A stretch of DNA of 64,000 nt, from IMG/VR virus record IMGVR_UViG_3300042868_005134, positions 186,001 through 250,000 of that record; one strand, 5' to 3'. Made by a program: the position numbers and the translations under genes. Positions 48,907-57,203 of this stretch are shown here, piece by piece; the stretch's first letter is position 1; each line of letters opens with the position of its first letter. Under the pieces are notes generated by a model. It was not told where the DNA came from and searched no databases. It saw nothing but the letters and a program-made list of their open reading frames with translations.

Positions 48907-50226
48907 ATGGAAGATTGGAAAAATACGTATTGTTCTAAATCCTGGACTGATGTTAATGTAGACTTTTCAAGCGAGTTTGTTAAAAATTGCTGTAAATCGA
49001 AGCCTATTAAATTTGTACCTAATTTAGATAAAACTTTCTTTGAGTTCTCTCCAGAGTTACTTAAACGCAAGACTGATAGCTTACAAGGAGTACAAAATGA
49101 AGATTGTCATTTTTGTTGGAAAGAAGAAGGTAAGCGTGTAACTTATAGAGATGTACATAATAAATGGACACCTGAATTTATAGAATTAAATCGTGATAAC
49201 TTATTATCTACTGATAAATCATTTGCGAATTATATTGAAGTTAAGTTCTCCAATACTTGCGATATGGCTTGTTTATATTGCGGCCCTAATTTTAGTAGTA
49301 AAATAGCCATAGAAGAAAAAGTTCGAATTAAAAGTGTGCCGTTAGCATCTGAATTTGAAGCTTTTAAAGAATTTTCAGATCCGCTAATTAAAAATGCAGT
49401 TGAAATTAATAGAGAATCTATTGATAATAGTGTGTGGGATAATACACAATTACGATTTGTATTCTTAGGAGGCGAACCCACGTTGATAGATCAATTTTAT
49501 GATTTTATTGAACATATTGTATCTAGAGTTGAACATCATGCTCAACTAGCAAACTGGAAGCACAAAATGAAAAATATCCGTCTTGAAATTGTCACTAATG
49601 GTAATACTACCCCGGCATTAATGGACAAGTTTTTTAAATTATTATACAGTACAAATTTTGAATGGACAATTGGGATAAGTAACGAATCTTTTGGGCATGA
49701 TGCTGAATTGATCAGACATGGGTTAAATTGGGAACGATTTCAAACTAATTTTAAAAAATATATTTCTGTTCCTAAAAAAATTGACAGCATTAATTTAGCA
49801 CCAACTCTTAATATTTTTAGTTTAAAAACATTTCATCTCTACATGGCATGGGTACATGAGCAATTCGATAATCAGTTAAAATTAACAGGTGTTTGTCCAG
49901 CTTTTACATGGCACGGCAATTTTGTAACAGATCCGGTATTAGACATTAAAGTATTGCCAGTTGAATATAGAAAGTACATTGATCTTGCCATTGAAGTTGC
50001 TGAACGTGAAAATAATCCTAAATTTAAGAATAAAAAAAGTACAATTAAATTTTTAAATCAGATGAAAGATAGGATTGGCACAACTGATCCTGAATCAGAT
50101 GATGCTGTATGGTATAGAGAACGAGCGAGAGATTGGCTTGTGATGAAAGAAAAAAAGAAAGGAGTTAGTAATCTAACACCTTTACTATTGAATATCGAAT
50201 ATCATGATTATAAAAGGTATCTGTAA
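48907..50226 (+). CDS. Radical SAM enzyme (type B-like)
   Basis: 'YCSKSW...NCCK...DCHFC'; core CDMACLYC; 'GGEPT'; 'VTNG'. Confidence 0.88.
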   Translation: MEDWKNTYCSKSWTDVNVDFSSEFVKNCCKSKPIKFVPNLDKTFFEFSPELLKRKTDSLQGVQNEDCHFCWKEEGKRVTYRDVHNKWTPEFIELNRDNLLSTDKSFANYIEVKFSNTCDMACLYCGPNFSSKIAIEEKVRIKSVPLASEFEAFKEFSDPLIKNAVEINRESIDNSVWDNTQLRFVFLGGEPTLIDQFYDFIEHIVSRVEHHAQLANWKHKMKNIRLEIVTNGNTTPALMDKFFKLLYSTNFEWTIGISNESFGHDAELIRHGLNWERFQTNFKKYISVPKKIDSINLAPTLNIFSLKTFHLYMAWVHEQFDNQLKLTGVCPAFTWHGNFVTDPVLDIKVLPVEYRKYIDLAIEVAERENNPKFKNKKSTIKFLNQMKDRIGTTDPESDDAVWYRERARDWLVMKEKKKGVSNLTPLLLNIEYHDYKRYL

Positions 50227-51398
50227 TGAGCGATGATTTATCTTGGTCAGCCTACGACTTTACAAAAATTCCATACAATGATATTCAACGTGTGGGTCAA
50301 CGCACAATGTTATATCGTGACTTGTTTACAGTAAGTTGGCTGTTAGGCCGGTTCTGTAATTATCGATGTAGCTACTGCTGGCCCTATGCTCGCAGTGATA
50401 AAAAAGATCATAGACCTACAGAGTTATGTCTGCTTACGGTAGATGAGATTAAACGTCAAGCTAGAGAGCGAGGATTTAATAGTTTTCACTTTAGTCTAAG
50501 TGGCGGCGAACCAACATTTCATCCAGGCTATATTGATATCCTAAATCATCTTAATAACGACGCAGGGAATACAAACTATACCAGTGTACACATGACAACA
50601 AATATGAGTCGCAGTTTACGTTGGTTTGAAGATGAGTATTGTCCTGCTGTAAGTAAGTTTCACAGAGCTAGTATCACTGCCAGTCTACATACCGAACATG
50701 TAGACACACCAGAGAAAATGCAAGACTTTGCTGACAAATTAATATTGTGTCAAAAACACGATGTTCAAATAACTATCAATATGGTTATGGTTCCTGAATG
50801 GTTCGAACGTGACTTTGAAAATGCATTGTTCTTTCACAATCAGGGAATTAATGTAACACTAAAACCTCAGAGTGATCCTACTGCTAGCCGTGTAGTAGAT
50901 GGGTATACTCCTGAAATGTTAAAACGATTACACAATGGAATGCCACAACGTGCCTTCACAGAGAATAAAGCAGATGAAGCTAAATTAGTCAAACGCCCAA
51001 CTCCTACATTTAGAAAAGTTCCTGATCCATTGTACAAAGAAGAAAACGCAAAAATTCCACAACATTTCCAAGTAGAATTTGTTGATAGCAATAAAAAAAT
51101 CTGGTATATGGATCAAGCTGAACGATTCAATGCGTTCAACTTTAATAAGTTTAAAGGCTGGGAATGTTCCAGTGGATATCGTAGTATTATTATACGTGAA
51201 CCAGATGGCAGCATAAAACGCAGTTATAGCTGTAGTGATGTTCCGTTAGGTAATGTAGAAACTGGCTTTAAATTGTTTGACGGTCCAACGCCGTGTATAA
51301 GTGATAGCTGTGTTAGCAGTGCTGACAGTAAGATTCCAAAAAGATCGCCTGGAACTCATTTACCATTGTGGCCAGGCGATACTACTTATCTTGCTTGA
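50226..51398 (+). CDS. Radical SAM enzyme (type D)
   Basis: CNYRCSYC; 'SGGEPT'; C-terminal 'FKGWECSSG...DG...SYSC...PC...SC'. Confidence 0.9.
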   Translation: MSDDLSWSAYDFTKIPYNDIQRVGQRTMLYRDLFTVSWLLGRFCNYRCSYCWPYARSDKKDHRPTELCLLTVDEIKRQARERGFNSFHFSLSGGEPTFHPGYIDILNHLNNDAGNTNYTSVHMTTNMSRSLRWFEDEYCPAVSKFHRASITASLHTEHVDTPEKMQDFADKLILCQKHDVQITINMVMVPEWFERDFENALFFHNQGINVTLKPQSDPTASRVVDGYTPEMLKRLHNGMPQRAFTENKADEAKLVKRPTPTFRKVPDPLYKEENAKIPQHFQVEFVDSNKKIWYMDQAERFNAFNFNKFKGWECSSGYRSIIIREPDGSIKRSYSCSDVPLGNVETGFKLFDGPTPCISDSCVSSADSKIPKRSPGTHLPLWPGDTTYLA

Positions 51399-52726
51399 TG
51401 TAGACATTCTAAATATAATTTTTTTGTGTCTAGCATAAGATATCTGTTGTAATTATACATTATAATTTCTTTCCAAGAATCATATAACTTTTGCTTTTCC
51501 TCCAATGGAAGATTAGCGATTGCCTTTACTTTGTCAATTACGTATTCTAATTCGTCAAAATAATGCCTTTCATTATTGCTCGGTAATTCGAGACCAGGAT
51601 ATTCTTTAAATCCTAGTGATTTTAAAATATTTTTAATTTTATGACCGCCCAAGGTAATGAAAGGTACTCCTGACAAGATTGCCATTGAAGTTTTTTCTGT
51701 CAACATTGACGGAGTGCAATCAAAATCTTCACCGCTAATAATGGAACAAGTTTCTAGCACTATATGAAACATTGAATTTATTTCAAATGGTATCCCTGCT
51801 ATATCTTTTCTTAAATGATCTTTAGAACCGTGATCTATAAATTTTAAGGTATTTAAATTTTCTAGCTTGGTGTGTATAAAACTTAATTGTTTTTGATACT
51901 TGTGAATAATTCCTGTATTTTTACAGTCTTCTACAAACGAATCTTTTGCAGGCAATAATCTACTGTATTGACCAAAATCAGTTATCTTTTCTTTGTCTGC
52001 CCACAATTGGAATAATGTCCTAGTTAGTCTCGGTGTCCTGCAAAACGATTGCCATACTAATGTATCTTGTGTTAGTACTCTATTTCTAATTTCTTCAAAT
52101 AATGCTTCTTTTTTAGATTTCGCATTCGAATATAAATCAGAATCAATATATGCTTTATGAAAAAACGCTCCTGGAAACATGCAGTGATCTACCTGTATGT
52201 TTCTTGACCTATTAGACATATAGTTATTAACAAGTTCGCCACCTACAACATAAAATTTAAGATTTTTAATTCCTCTAAAGAAATGATTTTTAGCAGTTAA
52301 GTAATTAACATACTCGGTTTCAAATAATTTGTAAGATCTAATATAGACATTATCCATTTCGGCAGAGCCGTCGATTATTATAGGAATTTTATTTTCAACT
52401 AAGAAATCTGTCACATCTGGATCTACAGCAAAAAAATCTGTTAAATGAAAAGTCTTAACATGTAACCAAGCTGAAATAAAATAAAATACATCGACATTTT
52501 TATCAATTGTACCGTTATTCTTTACCTCAGCAATAAATTCACCAGCTTTTCTAAAAGTAATAAAATCTGAAGAGCAATTATACAATGTCCTAGGAGTTTC
52601 TGAAATCCAGCCAAATTGGTAGCCTTCTGTAACTAACTTGGCAATCAATTTTTCGTATACTCTTTCTAGTAAAGTTACAACTTTTCCATCTACGATATCG
52701 TCAACTAAAAATATTGCTTTTTTCAT
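51386..52726 (-). CDS. Putative glycosyltransferase, GT10 (fucosyltransferase)-like C-terminus
   Basis: 'FHIVLET...LTEKT..AI..G.PFI..G' resembles the GT10 donor-binding motif (F.L.FEN...Y.TEK...A...G.VPI); coupled by an ATGA overlap to gmd. Confidence 0.45.
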   Translation of the reverse strand: MKKAIFLVDDIVDGKVVTLLERVYEKLIAKLVTEGYQFGWISETPRTLYNCSSDFITFRKAGEFIAEVKNNGTIDKNVDVFYFISAWLHVKTFHLTDFFAVDPDVTDFLVENKIPIIIDGSAEMDNVYIRSYKLFETEYVNYLTAKNHFFRGIKNLKFYVVGGELVNNYMSNRSRNIQVDHCMFPGAFFHKAYIDSDLYSNAKSKKEALFEEIRNRVLTQDTLVWQSFCRTPRLTRTLFQLWADKEKITDFGQYSRLLPAKDSFVEDCKNTGIIHKYQKQLSFIHTKLENLNTLKFIDHGSKDHLRKDIAGIPFEINSMFHIVLETCSIISGEDFDCTPSMLTEKTSMAILSGVPFITLGGHKIKNILKSLGFKEYPGLELPSNNERHYFDELEYVIDKVKAIANLPLEEKQKLYDSWKEIIMYNYNRYLMLDTKKLYLECLHQAR

Positions 52727-53721
52727 CTTGCGTTAGGATTTGTCTTATAAAAATCCATCCAGTAATCTACCATCTCATCTAACATAGATTCAAAGGTATA
52801 TGTTGGTACCCACCCAAGTGTTGTTCTAGCTTTGGATGAATCACCTTTTAAATAATGTAACTCTTCGGGTCGTTTAAATTTTTCATCGGAAAATACGTAT
52901 TTTGTTCGATCCAGTTCTAATTTTTCAAATACATAGTTAACTAAGTCATTAACTGTTTTTGTCACACCAGTCGCAATTACATAATCATCACTTTTTTCTT
53001 GTTGTAGCATTAACCACATAGATTCTACAAAATCTTTAGAATGACCCCAATCCCTTGCTGCTTCAAAATTACCTAAAATTAATTTTTTAGATTTACCTAA
53101 TTTAATTTTGACAGCCTCTAATACAACTTTGTTGGTTACAAAATTAATACCACGTCTTGGGCTTTCGTGATTAAACAAAATTCCAGAACATATAAACATG
53201 TTGTACGCATTTCTATAATTATGACATAGACTATGTGCGTATAGCTTGCTACAACCATATGGCGATACAGGTATTAATGGAGTGGTTTCTCGTTGAAACC
53301 CGTCAGAGTCACACGAGTTTCCAAACATTTCCGATGTTGCTGCATGGTAAACTTTTGAATGATTGGAAAATTTTCTAACAGCTTCAAGTACTGACAATGT
53401 TCCGCCAGCATTCACATCGAGTGTATACTTTGGTAATTCAAAGCTAATCTGTACATGACTTTGTGCGCCAATGTGATAAATTTCATCTGCCTGTACATTG
53501 CTTATTACACTTTCTACACTTAGCGGATCGGTAAGATCCATGTATTTCAACTGAATACGGTTGTCCTTGAACAAATGCTCTATGCGAGTAGTTTGAGATT
53601 CAGGCACAGAGTTACGTCTTACTGTGCCTGCCACTTTGTAATTTTTAGAGACTAATAGTTCGGCAAGGTAAGAGGCATCTTGTCCATTTGCTCCAATAAT
53701 TAATGCTGTTTTTTGAGTCAT
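52723..53721 (-). CDS. gmd: GDP-mannose 4,6-dehydratase
   Basis: 'GANGQDASYLAE', 'AQSHVQISF', 'TSEMFG', 'SPYGCSK', 'NHESPRRG.NFVT.K', 'RDWGH'. Confidence 0.95.
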   Translation of the reverse strand: MTQKTALIIGANGQDASYLAELLVSKNYKVAGTVRRNSVPESQTTRIEHLFKDNRIQLKYMDLTDPLSVESVISNVQADEIYHIGAQSHVQISFELPKYTLDVNAGGTLSVLEAVRKFSNHSKVYHAATSEMFGNSCDSDGFQRETTPLIPVSPYGCSKLYAHSLCHNYRNAYNMFICSGILFNHESPRRGINFVTNKVVLEAVKIKLGKSKKLILGNFEAARDWGHSKDFVESMWLMLQQEKSDDYVIATGVTKTVNDLVNYVFEKLELDRTKYVFSDEKFKRPEELHYLKGDSSKARTTLGWVPTYTFESMLDEMVDYWMDFYKTNPNAR

Positions 53722-53722
53722 A

Positions 53723-54877
53723 TTATTCCTGATTTATAATCGAAGCAATAACTTCGATGTCTTCCTTAACTAGTCCTTGATGATTAGGAACATAAAAACC
53801 TTGTTTATCAATAATATCGGCATTTGGTAAATCTGTCAAACGTCCGTATCGTTTGATCCAGAAAGGTTTGTTTGCCATATTGCCAGCAATTAAGGGACGA
53901 GTTTCAATATTGTTTTGTTTAAGTTTTTCTATAATTTTATTTCTATTGGGCAATACAACAGGGTATGCGAAATTTGAAACAAAGTCGTTATCTCGTTGCG
54001 CAAGTAATAATTTGTTATTGTTAATTAGTTCTTTATAAATTAAAAAGTTTTTGTTACGTATCCGACTGTACTTATCCAACTTGTCAACTGCTCCAAGTCC
54101 AATGAACGCCTGTAAATCTGTTGATCTAACATTGAGTCCCGGTACGTAAAATGTATATAATGCTTCAAAGTCAGTTACATTGGCTTGCTTTCTTAATTCT
54201 TGTTGTTTACTTGTTGGCAAATCTCTATCCCATCCATGACTACGCATCATTAGTAATCCGTGATAAAATTCTTCATTATCAGTATTAATAAACCCGCCTT
54301 CGATGGTGCTTAAATGATGACCAAAGTAAGTGGAGAACAGCGACGCAATACCAAATGATCCTAAATACTTTCCTTGATATTTAGAACCCATTGATTCGCA
54401 ATTATCTTCTACTAATAGAACTCCGTATTCTTCGCACAAGTGTACTATTCTTTGTATATCTGGTACTAATCCTAATGGAGTTACCAAAATGAATACAGAT
54501 GGTTCAAACTCTTTAAAAATAGTTTCTAAGTGGGCAAGGTCGCACGATAGGTCAACTAAATTACAGTCACATAGACGTGTTTCAAAATTTAACAGCATAG
54601 GGGAACTTACATCGGTAGACCAACTCAGTGCCGGAGCAACTAATCGATTATTCTTTAAGAAACCAAACTCTTTTAATACTGCTAACGAAAGTAAAATAGC
54701 TGACGAGCCTGAGTTGACAAATACAGAATATTTTGTTCCTATCTTCTTTGCCCATTTGCGTTCTAACTCAATTGTTAATTCGCCTTTGGTTAATCGAGGA
54801 ATCGTATCCTGCGATAGCCATTCTACAAGTTTAGCAATGTCAGATTTATCAATAGTATCACTGACCAAATTTATCAT
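53723..54877 (-). CDS. colD: GDP-4-keto-6-deoxy-D-mannose 3-dehydratase (ColD-like; DegT/DnrJ PLP family)
   Basis: 'VNSGSSA.LL', 'EDNCESMG', 'STYFGHHLSTIEGG' with His at the position of the usual PLP-binding Lys, 'RSHGWDR', 'PG.NVR'; lies between gmd and an fcl-like gene. Confidence 0.75.
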   Translation of the reverse strand: MINLVSDTIDKSDIAKLVEWLSQDTIPRLTKGELTIELERKWAKKIGTKYSVFVNSGSSAILLSLAVLKEFGFLKNNRLVAPALSWSTDVSSPMLLNFETRLCDCNLVDLSCDLAHLETIFKEFEPSVFILVTPLGLVPDIQRIVHLCEEYGVLLVEDNCESMGSKYQGKYLGSFGIASLFSTYFGHHLSTIEGGFINTDNEEFYHGLLMMRSHGWDRDLPTSKQQELRKQANVTDFEALYTFYVPGLNVRSTDLQAFIGLGAVDKLDKYSRIRNKNFLIYKELINNNKLLLAQRDNDFVSNFAYPVVLPNRNKIIEKLKQNNIETRPLIAGNMANKPFWIKRYGRLTDLPNADIIDKQGFYVPNHQGLVKEDIEVIASIINQE

Positions 54878-55754
54878 ACGTTTTCCTTATGCCATCTCGT
54901 AAGGTAGTTAAACCAAACTCTGGAAATATTTTTGTTAACTTACTTATACTAACATCTTTTCGAAGTTGTCCATTAGGCATAGTTGTATCCCAGTTTATTG
55001 ATAGATGAGTAGCATCACATACATCTAACGCAATTTCAGCAATTTCTTTTATAGTTAATGTTTCGTTTGTGGCAACATTAAAACTTTCAGTAATATTATT
55101 ATCTATTACAAATTTAATAACATTACAAAAATCATCAACATGCATAAATTGTCTTAACGGTGTACCATCTCCGAATAAAGTAATAGAGTTATCATTATTT
55201 TGTTTAGCTTGCCATATCTTTTTAATTAAGGCTGTTACAAAATGACTGTTATTGCCATGCTTGTCTCCTTCTCCAAAAAGATTACACGGAATAAGATAGC
55301 TATATTGTGTGTTGTATTGTGTATTGTACGCATCAATTTGTACTCCTAAACATCGCTTTGCATAACCGTATGAAAAATTAGTAGGAGTAGGCGGCCCTAA
55401 ATGTAGCATGTTTTCGTCGAGTGGGTATGTCTCAACTACATCCGGATAAATGCAAGTGCTTAATACTCCAATGAATTTCTTTACATTATACGCATGGGCG
55501 TATTTTACTAATAATGTATTCATCAGTATATTTTCAGTAAAGTACGGTGCTGGATTATTAATGTTATCAATGATTCCGCCAACTTTAGCGGCAAGGTGAA
55601 TAATACAATCTGGTTCTAATTCTTTATACATGTTGATTACATGTTGTTCGCAAGTTAAGTCATAATCTGCCGATGACAAATATATTGCGTCTGAAATATA
55701 TTTTTTTAAATTGGCACCGACTAATCCACTTCCGCCAGTTACAACTATTTTCAT
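54858..55754 (-). CDS. GDP-4-keto-6-deoxysugar epimerase/reductase (Fcl/ColC family)
   Basis: 'TGGSGLVG', 'HLAAKVGGI', 'STCIYP', YxxxK 'YGYAKR', 'P.NL.G', 'GDGTPLRQF.H'. True start probably the ATG at 55754, which overlaps the upstream stop. Confidence 0.9.
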   Translation of the reverse strand: MKIVVTGGSGLVGANLKKYISDAIYLSSADYDLTCEQHVINMYKELEPDCIIHLAAKVGGIIDNINNPAPYFTENILMNTLLVKYAHAYNVKKFIGVLSTCIYPDVVETYPLDENMLHLGPPTPTNFSYGYAKRCLGVQIDAYNTQYNTQYSYLIPCNLFGEGDKHGNNSHFVTALIKKIWQAKQNNDNSITLFGDGTPLRQFMHVDDFCNVIKFVIDNNITESFNVATNETLTIKEIAEIALDVCDATHLSINWDTTMPNGQLRKDVSISKLTKIFPEFGLTTLRDGIRKTYDKFGQ

Positions 55755-56515
55755 TGTTTTCTCTCTATATCTTCTTCTATACATTCTGTACCGTATTGTA
55801 TTTCCACAATACGACAAACCGCTTCGAACGGATTATGTATTTTATGCCAATTGCCCAAAGGTATTACTACCTGAGAATGTTGTGTTAATGTTAGCATAGG
55901 CAATGCGTAGCCGCTCGTCAACTGCTGTTCTAATACGCATTGTCCTTCAGCAACGTGCCAAAATTCGTGACGTTTTAAATGCCGTTGCATGCTTAATGAT
56001 TGTCCCGGTTCTATAGTAAGCTCTTTTACTTTACAACCGTTTACATCATATAGTACTTGATAGTAACCCCATGTACGTGATGTTTTAATAGATTTCCATT
56101 CTTCCAATATCCAACTACTTGAATTTTTCTTTGTGTTTCCGCCAACTCCAAATACAAACTCTAGTTTATCGTCTACTAAGTCCATTTCATGTATATTTTC
56201 TTTTGTACGGTCTCCACCGTTGGCAAAAATAATAGTAGCATCGGGGTACATAGCTCTAACACCTGTGATAGTGTTTTTACTACTACCGTCGGCATCAGGG
56301 TAACAAACCACTTTATCTACAACTTTAAGAGATTCAATGATGCGGCAACGTTCGTATTCTTCCATAAAGGCCTGACCCTTTTTACGAACTAACCAATCAT
56401 CTGTATTAATACCAACAATCAGCATGTCACCTAGTTTACTAGCTGCTTCAAAGTACTCAATATGCCCAGAATGAAGGGGGTCGAAACCCCCTGTTACAAG
56501 TACGATTCTTTTCAT
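55751..56515 (-). CDS. Nucleotidyltransferase (HxGH) fused to a mannose-6-phosphate isomerase type II-like cupin
   Basis: N-terminal 'TGGFDPLHSGH...RKKG...ANGGDR'; C-terminal 'RTWGYY...KVKEL.I.PG.SLSMQRH..R.E.W.V...EIQYG..C.EEDIER'. Confidence 0.85.
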   Translation of the reverse strand: MKRIVLVTGGFDPLHSGHIEYFEAASKLGDMLIVGINTDDWLVRKKGQAFMEEYERCRIIESLKVVDKVVCYPDADGSSKNTITGVRAMYPDATIIFANGGDRTKENIHEMDLVDDKLEFVFGVGGNTKKNSSSWILEEWKSIKTSRTWGYYQVLYDVNGCKVKELTIEPGQSLSMQRHLKRHEFWHVAEGQCVLEQQLTSGYALPMLTLTQHSQVVIPLGNWHKIHNPFEAVCRIVEIQYGTECIEEDIERKQ

Positions 56516-56519
56516 ACAC

Positions 56520-56527
56520 TATTTATA
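56520..56527 (-). promoter_or_regulatory. Exact T4 late promoter TATAAATA heading the nucleotide-sugar operon
   Basis: TATAAATA on the minus strand overlapping the thyX stop, 4 nt before the ATG at 56515. Confidence 0.65.
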
Positions 56528-57203
56528 GTGTATTTGCCATAGGAAAAATTTCAGCAATTACTTTAGCACAAGCAAGAGCGATATGTTGATGTTCTTTTTG
56601 AGTACCGTTTTCTTTGCGGAGATCAATGTAGTGAATCCAACTACGCAATGTACCATTCATATACATACGGCTGATAGTAAGCCCTTCAGGCAGCACTGCT
56701 CTAGCTTGTTCTTTAGCAATGCCGTTCTTGATAGCCCACGCATACTCTTGTTTGACCGAAAAAAGCACTCGTTTTTGGGCCCGCTCCCATTCAATGGCAA
56801 TTAATTTTTGTGCTTCGTCACTCATATCTGCTTCTACACTATTCTGACGATTTTTTGTATCTTGGAATCTAGCTTCACGCAATACAAACGCTTCGTCTAG
56901 TTCTGCTGTTGGATCAGCATAACGCTGACTAAATTCTTGAAAGCTAAAACTGCGATGACGTAGAATTTGTCTAGCAATATCACGTGTGGTTTCAATTTCA
57001 ATACAGGCACTTACCATTTCAAGAGGACTCCAGTGTTGATGCTTAATCAAATATTTGATTAATTTCTCACTTGTCTCTGTGTTAAATTGGTTGGCAGGAT
57101 TACTGACTCTCGCACAATACGCAACAAGATCTAATGCGTCTTTGATATTTTGTTGACGAAATTCTTCTGTTGGCTGACTATTCGATACTAATTTAACTTT
57201 CAT
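56523..57203 (-). CDS. thyX: Flavin-dependent thymidylate synthase
   Basis: ThyX motif 'RHRSFSFQEFSQRY', plus 'H.SPLE', 'KEQARAVLP' and 'LRSW.HY..LR'. Confidence 0.95.
   Translation of the reverse strand: MKVKLVSNSQPTEEFRQQNIKDALDLVAYCARVSNPANQFNTETSEKLIKYLIKHQHWSPLEMVSACIEIETTRDIARQILRHRSFSFQEFSQRYADPTAELDEAFVLREARFQDTKNRQNSVEADMSDEAQKLIAIEWERAQKRVLFSVKQEYAWAIKNGIAKEQARAVLPEGLTISRMYMNGTLRSWIHYIDLRKENGTQKEHQHIALACAKVIAEIFPMANTL

Noticed and set aside
34254-51398. Assigning radical-SAM genes to MoaA, QueE, NrdG or a 7-deazaguanine DNA-modification pathway
   Set aside because: No partner genes (moaC, queC/queD, folE, dpdA, nrdD) are present in the window, and the domain architectures differ from those enzymes.
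53723-54877. Perosamine synthase or generic DegT aminotransferase call
   Set aside because: The active-site position holds His (GHHLST) rather than Lys, which favours a 3-dehydratase.
55755-55817. N-terminal extension of the Fcl/ColC ORF in the ORF track
   Set aside because: It overlaps the upstream gene; the Rossmann motif begins at the ATG at 55754, which forms an ATGA overlap.
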